From an uncultured Chloroflexia bacterium (GTDB taxonomy: Bacteria > Chloroflexota > Limnocylindria > Limnocylindrales > CSP1-4): a stretch of 64,000 nt of DNA. A program made the position numbers and the translations under genes. Under the pieces are notes generated by a model. It saw only the letters and a list, made by a program, of their open reading frames with translations, was not told where the DNA came from and made no database searches. This document shows positions 46,034 to 54,300 of this stretch, piece by piece; the stretch's first letter is position 1; each line of letters begins with the position of its first letter. Location of the stretch: positions 219,692 to 283,691 of the forward strand of contig CAVQRM010000002.1 of the NCBI GenBank assembly GCA_963715245.1, written 5' to 3'.

Positions 46034-46060
46034 GCTATTCACCGGCTCCGGACGTGTCAA
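46032..46060 (-). promoter_or_regulatory. Candidate promoter of the arsR-pgsA-ino1 operon (TTGACA, 17-nt spacer, TAGCAT on the minus strand)
   Basis: The reverse complement of 46055-46060 is TTGACA. The reverse complement of 46032-46037 is TAGCAT. Confidence 0.4.
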
Positions 46061-46074
46061 GCCCGGCAACGAGA

Positions 46075-46105
46075 AACGCCCCCGGCCGCACGGACCGGGG
46101 GCGTT
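46075..46105 (-). terminator. Terminator hairpin after the small secreted-peptide gene
   Basis: AACGCCCCCGG, 9-nt loop, CCGGGGGCGTT (11-bp perfect stem). It is followed on the minus strand by TTCTCGTT. Confidence 0.55.
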
Positions 46106-46126
46106 GAGAGTGGTCGCGGGTGGGCG

Positions 46127-46318
46127 TCAGTTGCCGATGCCGCCGTCGGGCTCGACCGGGAGGACGACCTCGCCGCCGATGCCGCCGTCGGGCTCGACCG
46201 GGAGGACCGTGGGGCCGCCGGCGTTCGCCAGGGCAGCTGACGCGACGAGGACGAGGGCGGCGACCGAGAGGACGATCGCTGCGCGGACGGAACGTCCGCT
46301 GGAACGGAGGAGGTGCAT
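46127..46318 (-). CDS. Small secreted peptide (63 aa) with signal peptide and duplicated VLPVEPDGGIG motif
   Basis: MHLLRSSGRSVRAAIVLSVAALVLVASAALA|NAGGPTVLPVEPDGGIGGEVVLPVEPDGGIGN. AAGGA lies 9 nt upstream of the ATG. The gene has its own terminator. A 33-nt exact DNA duplication occurs at 46133-46165 and 46175-46207. Confidence 0.5.
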   Translation of the reverse strand: MHLLRSSGRSVRAAIVLSVAALVLVASAALANAGGPTVLPVEPDGGIGGEVVLPVEPDGGIGN

Positions 46319-46427
46319 GGTTGCGGTTCCTTGTGCGCTTGGTTGACGAACAGGCCGTGTGCCCGTTCGCCCACATGACGACCTCGACCGTCCTGCAGTT
46401 CCACCCCGTCGACCTATCGGCCGTGGG

Positions 46428-46925
46428 TCAGTCGATCACGAAGCCGTCGTAGGTGTTGATGTTGCCGGTCTGCGGGTTGGAGCCGTCGCCCACGGTGGAG
46501 CCGCTGCCGCTGCCGCGCAGGCGGGCATAGTCGTCGGTGCCGCCCAGGACGACCCAGGAGAACGCCTCGGTCGAGGTCTCGAACTCCAGGTGGACCTGGA
46601 TCTTGACGTAGAAGGTGCCGCTGCCGTCGTCGCATGTGAACGCCTTGCGTACGGGGATCTGGAGCTTGCGGTTGCTCTGGCCGCCCGCCAACAGGATGTG
46701 GTAGTCCTCCACCACGCCGGACGCGCACACCGTGCCGTCATCGACAGCCGACCCGCTGGCCGTGAACGTCCCGGTGTTGAACGCATCCTGGTTGAAGTGC
46801 ATGGGCGACACGATGTGCACCGATTCTGGGGCCGCCGCCGCGGCAGGGGCGATGCTCGCGAGGGCGACGAGCGCGGCAGCGACGATGGCGACGGGCACGC
46901 GAGCCGGCCGATGTGATGTACGCAC
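46428..46925 (-). CDS. Secreted hypothetical protein (~165 aa, beta-rich)
   Basis: GTG 46925 lies 7 nt after GGAGG. The signal peptide is RVPVAIVAAALVALASIAPAAAAAPES. No family recognised. Confidence 0.55.
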   Translation of the reverse strand: MRTSHRPARVPVAIVAAALVALASIAPAAAAAPESVHIVSPMHFNQDAFNTGTFTASGSAVDDGTVCASGVVEDYHILLAGGQSNRKLQIPVRKAFTCDDGSGTFYVKIQVHLEFETSTEAFSWVVLGGTDDYARLRGSGSGSTVGDGSNPQTGNINTYDGFVID

Positions 46926-47080
46926 GCCAGGACCTCCATGAGGGCGCGACGACCTGTGTGGTCGCCCTTGTGCTCTCGTAGGGCGTCGGGACGGGATCAA
47001 TCGTTCAGTCTTGGGACGCGGGCACCGCGCGATCGTGCCGCGCGACGGCGCATCGCTCGTTCCCGCCTACACTCGCGGGC

Positions 47081-48757
47081 ATGGAGTCCCTCCCGCGCCG
47101 CGACGCGTACGTGCTGCTCGCCGTCCTGGGCACCGGCGTGTTCCTCGCCGGCCTCGAGCTGATGATCACCGCGGTCGCGCTGCCCGCGATCGTCATCGAC
47201 CTCGCGGACTGGACCCGCCTCCGCGAGGCGTCGTGGATCATCAACGGCTATCTGCTCGTGTACGTCGTGACGATGCCGCTCGCCGGTCGCCTGGCGGACC
47301 TGTGGGGCAATCGCCGGATGTTCCTCGGCGCGCTGGTGCTGTTCACGGTCGGCAGCCTGCTCGCGGGCATGGCCCCGACGCTCGAGCTGCTCATCGTCGC
47401 GCGCCTCGTCCAGGCCGCGGGCGGCGGAATCCTGGTTCCTGTCGCGACCTCGGCGGTCTCGCACCTCTTCGGTGGGGCGGCGCGACCACGAGCGCTGGGC
47501 GTCATCGGCGCGCTGACGTTCCTCGGCATGGCCGCGGGGCCGGTGCTCGGCGCCGCCATTCTCGGGGCGTTTCATCCCGAGGCCGCCCTCTCGCGCATGG
47601 GAATCGGCGCGAGCTCGACACTCGCGGATGTGCTCGCGCCCGCCTGGCGATGGGTGTTCTACGTCAACGTCCCGGTCGGCATCATCGCGTTTGTCATCGC
47701 CTGGGCGGCGAGCGCCGACTGGGAGACCCCCCGGCGACCGGGCCGCGTCGACCTGGTCGGGGCGGTGCTGTTCTCGGCGTTCCTCGTCGGCACGCTCGGC
47801 GCGCTGACGCTGCTCGGATCGCGTCCCGACGCCGAGGGATCGGGTCTCGATCCCGCAACCGTGTCGATCATCCTCGCGACGGTGGCTGTCGTCTCGATCT
47901 TCGTGACGGTCGTGCGCGGCTTCCGTGTGCACGACCCGTTCATCGACCCGCGGCTGTTCCGCAGCGCCGCCTTCTCCTCCGCGACCCTCGTCTCGGCGCT
48001 GACCGGCTACGGCTTCGCGACGGCGATCGTCGGTGGGGCGGTGTTCGTCGACCGGGTCCTCTACGGTGGGCCCGACGAGCAGCGGCTCGCCCTCGGCGCG
48101 CTGGCGGGGGCAACCGCGGTCGGCGCCCTCGTCTCGGGCCTGCTCGTCCGCCACCTCGGGCTCCGCCTCGTGACGCTCGTGGGCCTCGGGGCGTCCATCG
48201 CGGCCCTGGTGGCGATGAGCGGCTGGACGCCGTCCACGACGATCGAGGACGCTGCACTCGCGCTCGCGGCATTCGGTGCCGGGTTCGGCCTCACCGTGAC
48301 GCCCCGCTCCACGGCGGCCGTGGAGGCGGTCGCACGAGAGGCATACGGCATCGCCTCGTCCACGGTCACGGTCGGGCGCATGGTGGGCATGGCCGTCGGG
48401 CTCGCGATCCTGACCGCCTACGGCTCCACGACGATCGACACGCTCTACGATCGGGTCTACGCGACGCCCGACGCATACCTCGAGTTCATCCCGCCGGAGC
48501 TGCAGGACCGGCCGCTCCAGGACGGGCTCGTCGTGGAGGCGCTCGAGGCGTGGGCGGCGGGCGAGGCCGCGCGGATCATGGTCGGCGTGTTCCTCGTCGC
48601 GGCCGTGGTGACGGCCGCGGCGATCCCGCCGTCGCTGCTGCTCGATCGGCGTCGGCGTATGCTCGGCGCGGCGGGCGCGGCGCCGAGCCCCGGCGCACCC
48701 GGATCAAGTGGAGCAGGCGACCCGGATGGAGGCAGCGATCACGCTCTCGCGGGCTGA
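47081..48757 (+). CDS. MFS transporter, DHA2 (14-TMS) family
   Basis: 558-aa ORF: GLELMITAVALPAIVIDL...WIINGYLLVYVVTMPLAGRLADLWGNRRMF. TACACT lies 7 nt upstream of the ATG, suggesting a leaderless transcript. Confidence 0.85.
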   Translation: MESLPRRDAYVLLAVLGTGVFLAGLELMITAVALPAIVIDLADWTRLREASWIINGYLLVYVVTMPLAGRLADLWGNRRMFLGALVLFTVGSLLAGMAPTLELLIVARLVQAAGGGILVPVATSAVSHLFGGAARPRALGVIGALTFLGMAAGPVLGAAILGAFHPEAALSRMGIGASSTLADVLAPAWRWVFYVNVPVGIIAFVIAWAASADWETPRRPGRVDLVGAVLFSAFLVGTLGALTLLGSRPDAEGSGLDPATVSIILATVAVVSIFVTVVRGFRVHDPFIDPRLFRSAAFSSATLVSALTGYGFATAIVGGAVFVDRVLYGGPDEQRLALGALAGATAVGALVSGLLVRHLGLRLVTLVGLGASIAALVAMSGWTPSTTIEDAALALAAFGAGFGLTVTPRSTAAVEAVAREAYGIASSTVTVGRMVGMAVGLAILTAYGSTTIDTLYDRVYATPDAYLEFIPPELQDRPLQDGLVVEALEAWAAGEAARIMVGVFLVAAVVTAAAIPPSLLLDRRRRMLGAAGAAPSPGAPGSSGAGDPDGGSDHALAG

Positions 48758-49730
48758 CGACGAGACCGGGCCGCTCGTCCGGATCGTCGCCTGCATCGAC
48801 GGCGAGACGCACCGCCTCGAGGGGCCGGATGCGCTGCCGCCCCTGCTCGCCAACCCGGAGGCGCGCGTCTGGGTGGACGTCACCGCGGCGGCGCATCACG
48901 AGGTCGCGGACGTCGCTGGCCACCTCGAGCTGCATCCACTGATCGCGGAGGACATCGCCGAGCGCAACCAGCGCGCCAAGGTGGAGGAGATCGAGGGATC
49001 GCTCCACATCGTGATGTTCTGGCTCGCGTACGCGGGCGGCGTGACCGAGCTCGAGGTGGATCTCGTGCTCAACCACCGGTCGCTGCTCACGGTCCACGAA
49101 CCGGGCTGGGACCCGTACACCCTGCCCCAGCTGCGCGGCGATCCGGGGAGCGTGCTGCGGCGCGGACCGGACTTCCTGCTCTACGCGATCACAGACGGGA
49201 TCGTGGATGCGTACTTCCCCGTGCTCGATGCGATCGAGGACGAGATCGACGCCCTCCAGGACGACGTGATCGAGAAGCCGACCTCGTGGACGCTGGAGCG
49301 GCTGTTCGTGCTCAAGCGCGAGCTGATCGGCCTGCGCCGCGCGATGTCGCCCGCCCGGGAGGTGTTCAACCAGCTGACGAACCGGGACCTCGGGCTGGTG
49401 GCGCAGGAGCACCTCGTGTACTTCCGCGACGTCTACGACCACCTGATCCGGGTCACCGACGAGCTCGACAACGATCGCGAGATGGTGTCGGGAACGCTCG
49501 ACGTCTACCTCTCGACCGTCAACAACAACCTGACCGTGATCATGAAACGCCTCACCGGCGTCACCGTGATCCTCGCCGGGATCGCGGCCGTGGCAGGCGT
49601 GTTCGGCATGAGCGAGGCCGGGCTGGCGGTCGGCGGCGGCGAGGCGGGGGGCTTCTGGATCGTTGCAGGGTCGATCGCAGTCGCCGCGGCGCTGACAGCC
49701 CTCGTGCTCCGGCGGATCGACTGGATCTAG
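48726..49730 (+). CDS. corA: CorA-family divalent cation transporter with GMS in place of GMN
   Basis: CorA cytoplasmic domain plus two C-terminal TM helices. The signature reads VAGVFGMSEAG (ggc atg agc gag). The start could also be GTG 48708. Confidence 0.8.
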   Translation: MEAAITLSRADDETGPLVRIVACIDGETHRLEGPDALPPLLANPEARVWVDVTAAAHHEVADVAGHLELHPLIAEDIAERNQRAKVEEIEGSLHIVMFWLAYAGGVTELEVDLVLNHRSLLTVHEPGWDPYTLPQLRGDPGSVLRRGPDFLLYAITDGIVDAYFPVLDAIEDEIDALQDDVIEKPTSWTLERLFVLKRELIGLRRAMSPAREVFNQLTNRDLGLVAQEHLVYFRDVYDHLIRVTDELDNDREMVSGTLDVYLSTVNNNLTVIMKRLTGVTVILAGIAAVAGVFGMSEAGLAVGGGEAGGFWIVAGSIAVAAALTALVLRRIDWI

Positions 49731-49761
49731 GAGCCGGCGGGCACGGCAGCCGAGTTGCTGC

Positions 49762-50520
49762 CTATCCGCAGCGGACGGGTTTCGCCTTCGGCTGCGATTC
49801 CTTCTTCGTCGAGTCCTCGACCGACAGGAACTTCGTGAGCACCTGCGTCTTGCCCACGGTGCCCTTGGGCCCCTCCGAGGTCTGGAGCCAGACCTCTTCC
49901 TTGTTGCGCGCGATGGCGGAATCGAGGCTCGTGATATGGAGCCGCACCTGCCGGATCTCGTACAGGTACATGCGGTTGTGGTTCGTGTACACCTGGACGA
50001 GCATCCCGATCATCTTCTTGGGCGTCTTCTTCTGGATCGCCAGGTTGTAGATCGGCCCGAACATCCCGTCGCGAGCGTGCGCATAGATGTACGTGACGCG
50101 GCCCTCACCCGGCTGGCCGAACACGTCCGCGCTGGCCTTCTTGCTGGAGGACAGGTACATCGCGACGTTGCAGTAGGGGTACGCGTCCGTGCCCCGGATG
50201 ATCGGCAGGTCGATGTTCAGGGCGGGGACCACGACGCGCGTGGCGATCTCGCGGCCGGTCGGCTTCTTCGTGGGCTCGGGCGTCGGCGATGGCTCCGAAG
50301 ACGGTGAGGCGCTCGCGGCGACCGACGGCGACGGCGACGGCGTGGGCGACGGCGTGGGCTCCTCCGACGCCTCGATGATCTCGGGTGTCTCGATGACCGC
50401 GGTGCCCGCAGTGGTCGGATCCACGTACGTCAGAAGGCCCGCGGTTACGAGCACGACGCCGAAGGCGGTGAGCAGCGCGGGGAGCACGCGGGATCTGAGC
50501 AGGGCGAAGACGCTGGCCAT
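49762..50520 (-). CDS. Membrane-anchored secreted protein with a sortase-like sequence pattern (Ser where the catalytic Cys is expected)
   Basis: TM anchor, then a P/S/T linker, then VVVPALNIDLPIIRG...YIYAHARDGMFGPI...VWLQTSEGP. This parallels the sortase IPxL..d.PV, GH.. and L.TC.P elements, but the assignment is tentative. Confidence 0.4.
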   Translation of the reverse strand: MASVFALLRSRVLPALLTAFGVVLVTAGLLTYVDPTTAGTAVIETPEIIEASEEPTPSPTPSPSPSVAASASPSSEPSPTPEPTKKPTGREIATRVVVPALNIDLPIIRGTDAYPYCNVAMYLSSSKKASADVFGQPGEGRVTYIYAHARDGMFGPIYNLAIQKKTPKKMIGMLVQVYTNHNRMYLYEIRQVRLHITSLDSAIARNKEEVWLQTSEGPKGTVGKTQVLTKFLSVEDSTKKESQPKAKPVRCG

Positions 50521-50588
50521 GGCCCGCGAATCGTAGTCGAGGCCCGGAAATCCTGCCGTTGGCCAGTCGTACTGGTACGCTCAAGGCC

Positions 50589-51242
50589 ATGGGTGGGAAG
50601 GCGGTGATCGCGGCGGGCCTCGTGACTGGGGCGCTGGCCGGGGGGATCCTCGTTGGTGCGGTCGTGCTGCTCGCCCCGGGGCCCGCGGTCCCCGTCCCGT
50701 CGCCTGTCGCCGCGGCGACCGAACCGCCTGCCGCGACCCCGTCGCCGTCCGCCACGGCGTCGCCCTCGGCGGTCCCCTCGGGGGTGTCATCGCCCGGTGC
50801 GGCCTTCGGCGTCGGCGAGCCTGCACCGGCGCTCGCGGTTCCAGCCCTCGGCGGTGGGGACATCACGCTCGCCGCGCTCGCCGGCAAGCCGGTCTGGGTG
50901 AACTTCATGGCGACGTGGTGCGAGCCCTGTCGGGACGAGATCCCCCGCATGAACGCCTTCGCGGCACGCTATGCGGATCAGGGCCTCGTCGTGGTTGCCG
51001 TGGACGTGCGCGAGGACGAGGCGGCGATCGACGCCTTCGCGCGCGAGCTCTCGATCGCCTTCCCGATCGGGCTGGACTCCGACGGGTCGGCCCAGGCGGC
51101 GTGGGGAGCGTTCGCGCTGCCCGTGCACTTCTGGATCGACGCCGAGGGCATCGTCCGGTACGGCGCGCTTGGCGGGATCGGCCCCGACATCATGGCCGAG
51201 GGCCTGCAGACGATCCTCCCCGGGGTGACCGTCACGCCGTAG
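50589..51242 (+). CDS. TlpA/ResA-like thiol-disulfide oxidoreductase (thioredoxin fold, WCEPC)
   Basis: VWVNFMATWCEPCRDEIP, preceded by a TM anchor and a P/S/A-rich linker. The start may instead be TTG 50559. Confidence 0.8.
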   Translation: MGGKAVIAAGLVTGALAGGILVGAVVLLAPGPAVPVPSPVAAATEPPAATPSPSATASPSAVPSGVSSPGAAFGVGEPAPALAVPALGGGDITLAALAGKPVWVNFMATWCEPCRDEIPRMNAFAARYADQGLVVVAVDVREDEAAIDAFARELSIAFPIGLDSDGSAQAAWGAFALPVHFWIDAEGIVRYGALGGIGPDIMAEGLQTILPGVTVTP

Positions 51243-51262
51243 CGACCGCGGCGGGGCTTGGC

Positions 51263-52738
51263 CTACCCGGCGATCTGCGTGACGGCCTCGGCCGCGGTCC
51301 CGACGATGTCGAGCAGGAGGTTCGGGAACAGCCCGAGGGTGATCGTCAGCACGGTCGCGACCGCGAGCCCGCCCCACACGAGGCGGCCGTGCTCCAGCTT
51401 CGGGATCTCGGTCTGCGGCTCGCGCATGAACATGTAGACCACCACCCGCAGGTAGTAGAAGGCTGCGACGGCCGCGTTGAGCACGGCGAGCACCGCGAGG
51501 ACGGTGAGCCAGCCGCCGGCCTGGACCGCGGCGAGGATCACGTAGAACTTGCCGAAGAATCCGGCCGTCGGCGGGATCCCCGTGAGGCTCAGCAGGAACA
51601 GGGTCATGAGCAGCGCAAGCGCGGGCTCGCGGCGGATGAGGCCGGCGAACGTGGACAGGTTCGAGGTCACGCCGAGGCGCTTCTGGAGGGCCGCGATCAC
51701 GGCGAATGCACCGAGGTTCATGAACGCGTACGCGGCGCTGTAGTAGAGCAGCCCCTCGAGGCCCTGGATCTGCCCGGCGGCGTAGGCCGCGAACCCGACC
51801 AGCATGTAGCCGGTGTGGGCGATCGAGGAGTACGCGAGCATCCGCTTCACGTTGTCCTGGGTCAGGGCAACGAGGTTGCCGAGGGTCATGGTGAGCGCGG
51901 CCAGGACCATGATCACCGCGATCCACTGGTCGGACAGCGGCCCGAGGGCCTCGCCGAACAGCCGGATGATCAGGGCGAAGGCACCGACCTTCGGGCCGAC
52001 CGAGAGGTAGCCCGTGACGGGCGTCGGCGAGCCCTGGTACGCGTCGGGTGTCCAGTAGTGGAACGGCACGGCGGCGATCTTGAACGCGACGCCGGTCATC
52101 AGCAGCGCGAGCCCCATGCCGAGACCCGGCGACAGCGCCACGACGCCGCTCACGACCTGCCCCAGGAAGCCCGAGACCTCGCCGATGTTCGTGGTGCCGG
52201 TGATGCCCCACACGAACGCGAGGCCGAACAGGAAGATCGCGCTCGAGAAGGAGCCGAGCAGGAAGTACTTGATCGCACCCTCGGTGCTGTAGCCGTCGGT
52301 CTTGTGATACCCGGCGAGCATGTAGCCCGGCAGGACCATGAGCTCCAGGCCGAGGAACAGCACCAGCAGATCCGCGGAACCTGCGATGAGCATCGCGCCC
52401 GACATCGCGAACACGAGGACCGAGGCGAACTCCGCGACCGGGAGCCCCCGCTCCTCGAGGTAGTCCGGCGCAAACGCGACGGTCAGCCCGACGATCGAGA
52501 TGAACAACAGGTCGAGGAACGTCGTCAGGGGATCGACGACGTACCCGCCGCCGAATGCCTCACCCGGTTCCTGGCCCACGATGCCCGTCAGCAGCGCGAC
52601 GAGCCCCAGCCCCACGAACGTCGTGAGCAGCGCCGGGAGGGACTTGCCCGGCCAGATGAAGTCGACGACGAGGATCGCGACGGCGACGAGGACCGCGGCG
52701 ATGAACGGTGCGAGGAGGACGGCGTCGGAAGCGGTCAC
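51263..52738 (-). CDS. nuoN: NADH-quinone oxidoreductase subunit N
   Basis: 491-aa polytopic ORF: LLVLFLGLELMVLPGYMLAGY...AIKYFLLGSFSSAIFLFG. Confidence 0.95.
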   Translation of the reverse strand: MTASDAVLLAPFIAAVLVAVAILVVDFIWPGKSLPALLTTFVGLGLVALLTGIVGQEPGEAFGGGYVVDPLTTFLDLLFISIVGLTVAFAPDYLEERGLPVAEFASVLVFAMSGAMLIAGSADLLVLFLGLELMVLPGYMLAGYHKTDGYSTEGAIKYFLLGSFSSAIFLFGLAFVWGITGTTNIGEVSGFLGQVVSGVVALSPGLGMGLALLMTGVAFKIAAVPFHYWTPDAYQGSPTPVTGYLSVGPKVGAFALIIRLFGEALGPLSDQWIAVIMVLAALTMTLGNLVALTQDNVKRMLAYSSIAHTGYMLVGFAAYAAGQIQGLEGLLYYSAAYAFMNLGAFAVIAALQKRLGVTSNLSTFAGLIRREPALALLMTLFLLSLTGIPPTAGFFGKFYVILAAVQAGGWLTVLAVLAVLNAAVAAFYYLRVVVYMFMREPQTEIPKLEHGRLVWGGLAVATVLTITLGLFPNLLLDIVGTAAEAVTQIAG

Positions 52739-52749
52739 CGGTTCTCCTC

Positions 52750-54300
52750 CTACCGCCCGAGCCCGAGGGCGGTCGGGGCGACGTCACGCACGGCGCTCAG
52801 CGCGGCATCGACGGAGCCGGCGACCAGATCGAGGATCAGGCCCGGATAGAGGCCGAAGATGACGACCAGCGCCCCCAGCGGGACGAGCGTCATCGCCTCG
52901 ATCGGCCGCATGTCCGTCAGATGGCTGCCGAGCCCCTTGAGGAACTCGGACGGCTCGCCGAACGCGACTCGCTGGAACATCCACAGCAGGTACCCGGCGG
53001 CGAGGATCATGACGAAGGTGGCGATGGCCGCCGCGACCGGGTTGACGACGAACGTGCCCACGAGCGTCAGGAACTCGCCGACGAAGCCGGACAGGCCGGG
53101 CAGCCCGACGGAGGCGAACACGAAGAACCCGAAGGCCGCCGCGTAGACCGGGGTCTTCGATCCCAGGCCGCCCATCTTCGCGATCGTGCGGTCGTGGGTC
53201 CGCTCGTAGATCACGCCCACGAGGAGGAACAGGGCACCCGTGATCAGGCCGTGGTTGATCATCTGCAGGATCGCGCCCTGCATCCCCTGCTCCTGGAACA
53301 CGAAGATGCCCAGGGTCACGAAGCCCATGTGGCTGACCGAGGAGTAGGCGACGAGCTTCTTGAGGTCCGGCTGGACGAGCGCGACGATCGCGCCGTAGAT
53401 GATGCCGATCAGGCTGAGCACGATGATCGCCGGGGCCCACGTCTGCGCCGCCTCGGGGAACAGGGGGATGCCGAACCGGATGAACCCGTACCCGCCCAGC
53501 TTGAGCAGGACGCCGGCGAGGATCACCGAGCCCGCGGTGGGCGCCTCGACATGCGCGTCGGGGAGCCACGTGTGGAACGGGAACATCGGGACCTTGATCG
53601 CGAACGCGAGGAAGAAGGCGCCGAAGGCGAGGAACCCGAACGTCCCGCCGAACGCGCCGGTCTGCGCGAACGCCGACAGCGTCGCGACGTCGAAGGCCCC
53701 GGTCCACGTGCCCTGCGCCGCCTGGTACGTGTAGGCCGTCGCGAGGATCGCGACGAGCATCAGCAGCGACCCGACGAGCGTGTACAGGACGAACTTGATC
53801 GTCGCGTAGATCCGGTTCTTGCCGCCCCAGATCCCGATGATCAGGTACATCGGGACGAGGACCAGCTCCCAGAAGATGTAGAACAGGAACAGGTCCATGG
53901 CGACGAACACGCCGATCATCCCGACTTCCAGGATGAGGAAGGAGATCATGTACTCCTTCACCCGCGTCTGGATCGGGCCGAACGACGCGAGGATGCTGAT
54001 CCACGTCAGCGTCGTGGTCAGCACGACGAGCGCGAGCGACAGCCCGTCGACGCCCACGGCGTACTGGATGCCGAACATCGGGATCCAGTCGTAGCGCTCC
54101 GTGAACTGGAAGGCCGGGTCACCGGACACGAAGCCGACGAGCAGGACGAGCGACACGACCCACGCCGCGAGCGCGACGCCGAGGGCCGCGTAGCGGACCA
54201 GGTTCGGGCGACCCGACGGCAGGAACGCGATCACGATCGCGCCGATAAGCGGCAGGAAGGTGACGAGGGACACGAGCGGGATCCCGTCGAGGCCGGTCAC
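52750..54300 (-). CDS. nuoM: NADH-quinone oxidoreductase subunit M
   Basis: 516-aa ORF: FPFHTWLPDAHVEAPTAGSVILAGVLLKLGGYG. Confidence 0.95.
   Translation of the reverse strand: MTGLDGIPLVSLVTFLPLIGAIVIAFLPSGRPNLVRYAALGVALAAWVVSLVLLVGFVSGDPAFQFTERYDWIPMFGIQYAVGVDGLSLALVVLTTTLTWISILASFGPIQTRVKEYMISFLILEVGMIGVFVAMDLFLFYIFWELVLVPMYLIIGIWGGKNRIYATIKFVLYTLVGSLLMLVAILATAYTYQAAQGTWTGAFDVATLSAFAQTGAFGGTFGFLAFGAFFLAFAIKVPMFPFHTWLPDAHVEAPTAGSVILAGVLLKLGGYGFIRFGIPLFPEAAQTWAPAIIVLSLIGIIYGAIVALVQPDLKKLVAYSSVSHMGFVTLGIFVFQEQGMQGAILQMINHGLITGALFLLVGVIYERTHDRTIAKMGGLGSKTPVYAAAFGFFVFASVGLPGLSGFVGEFLTLVGTFVVNPVAAAIATFVMILAAGYLLWMFQRVAFGEPSEFLKGLGSHLTDMRPIEAMTLVPLGALVVIFGLYPGLILDLVAGSVDAALSAVRDVAPTALGLGR

Noticed and set aside
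46127-46318. Calling the small repeat peptide an RTX or calcium-binding protein, or a RiPP precursor
   Set aside because: Only one loose GGxGxDxUx-like unit is present (with Glu in place of Asp). No type I secretion genes or RiPP-modifying enzyme genes are adjacent.
48708-48757. 50-nt overlap between the MFS gene and corA implied by the track start at 48708
   Set aside because: An in-frame ATG at 48726 gives a shorter overlap and a normal CorA N-terminus. Neither start can be proven from sequence alone.
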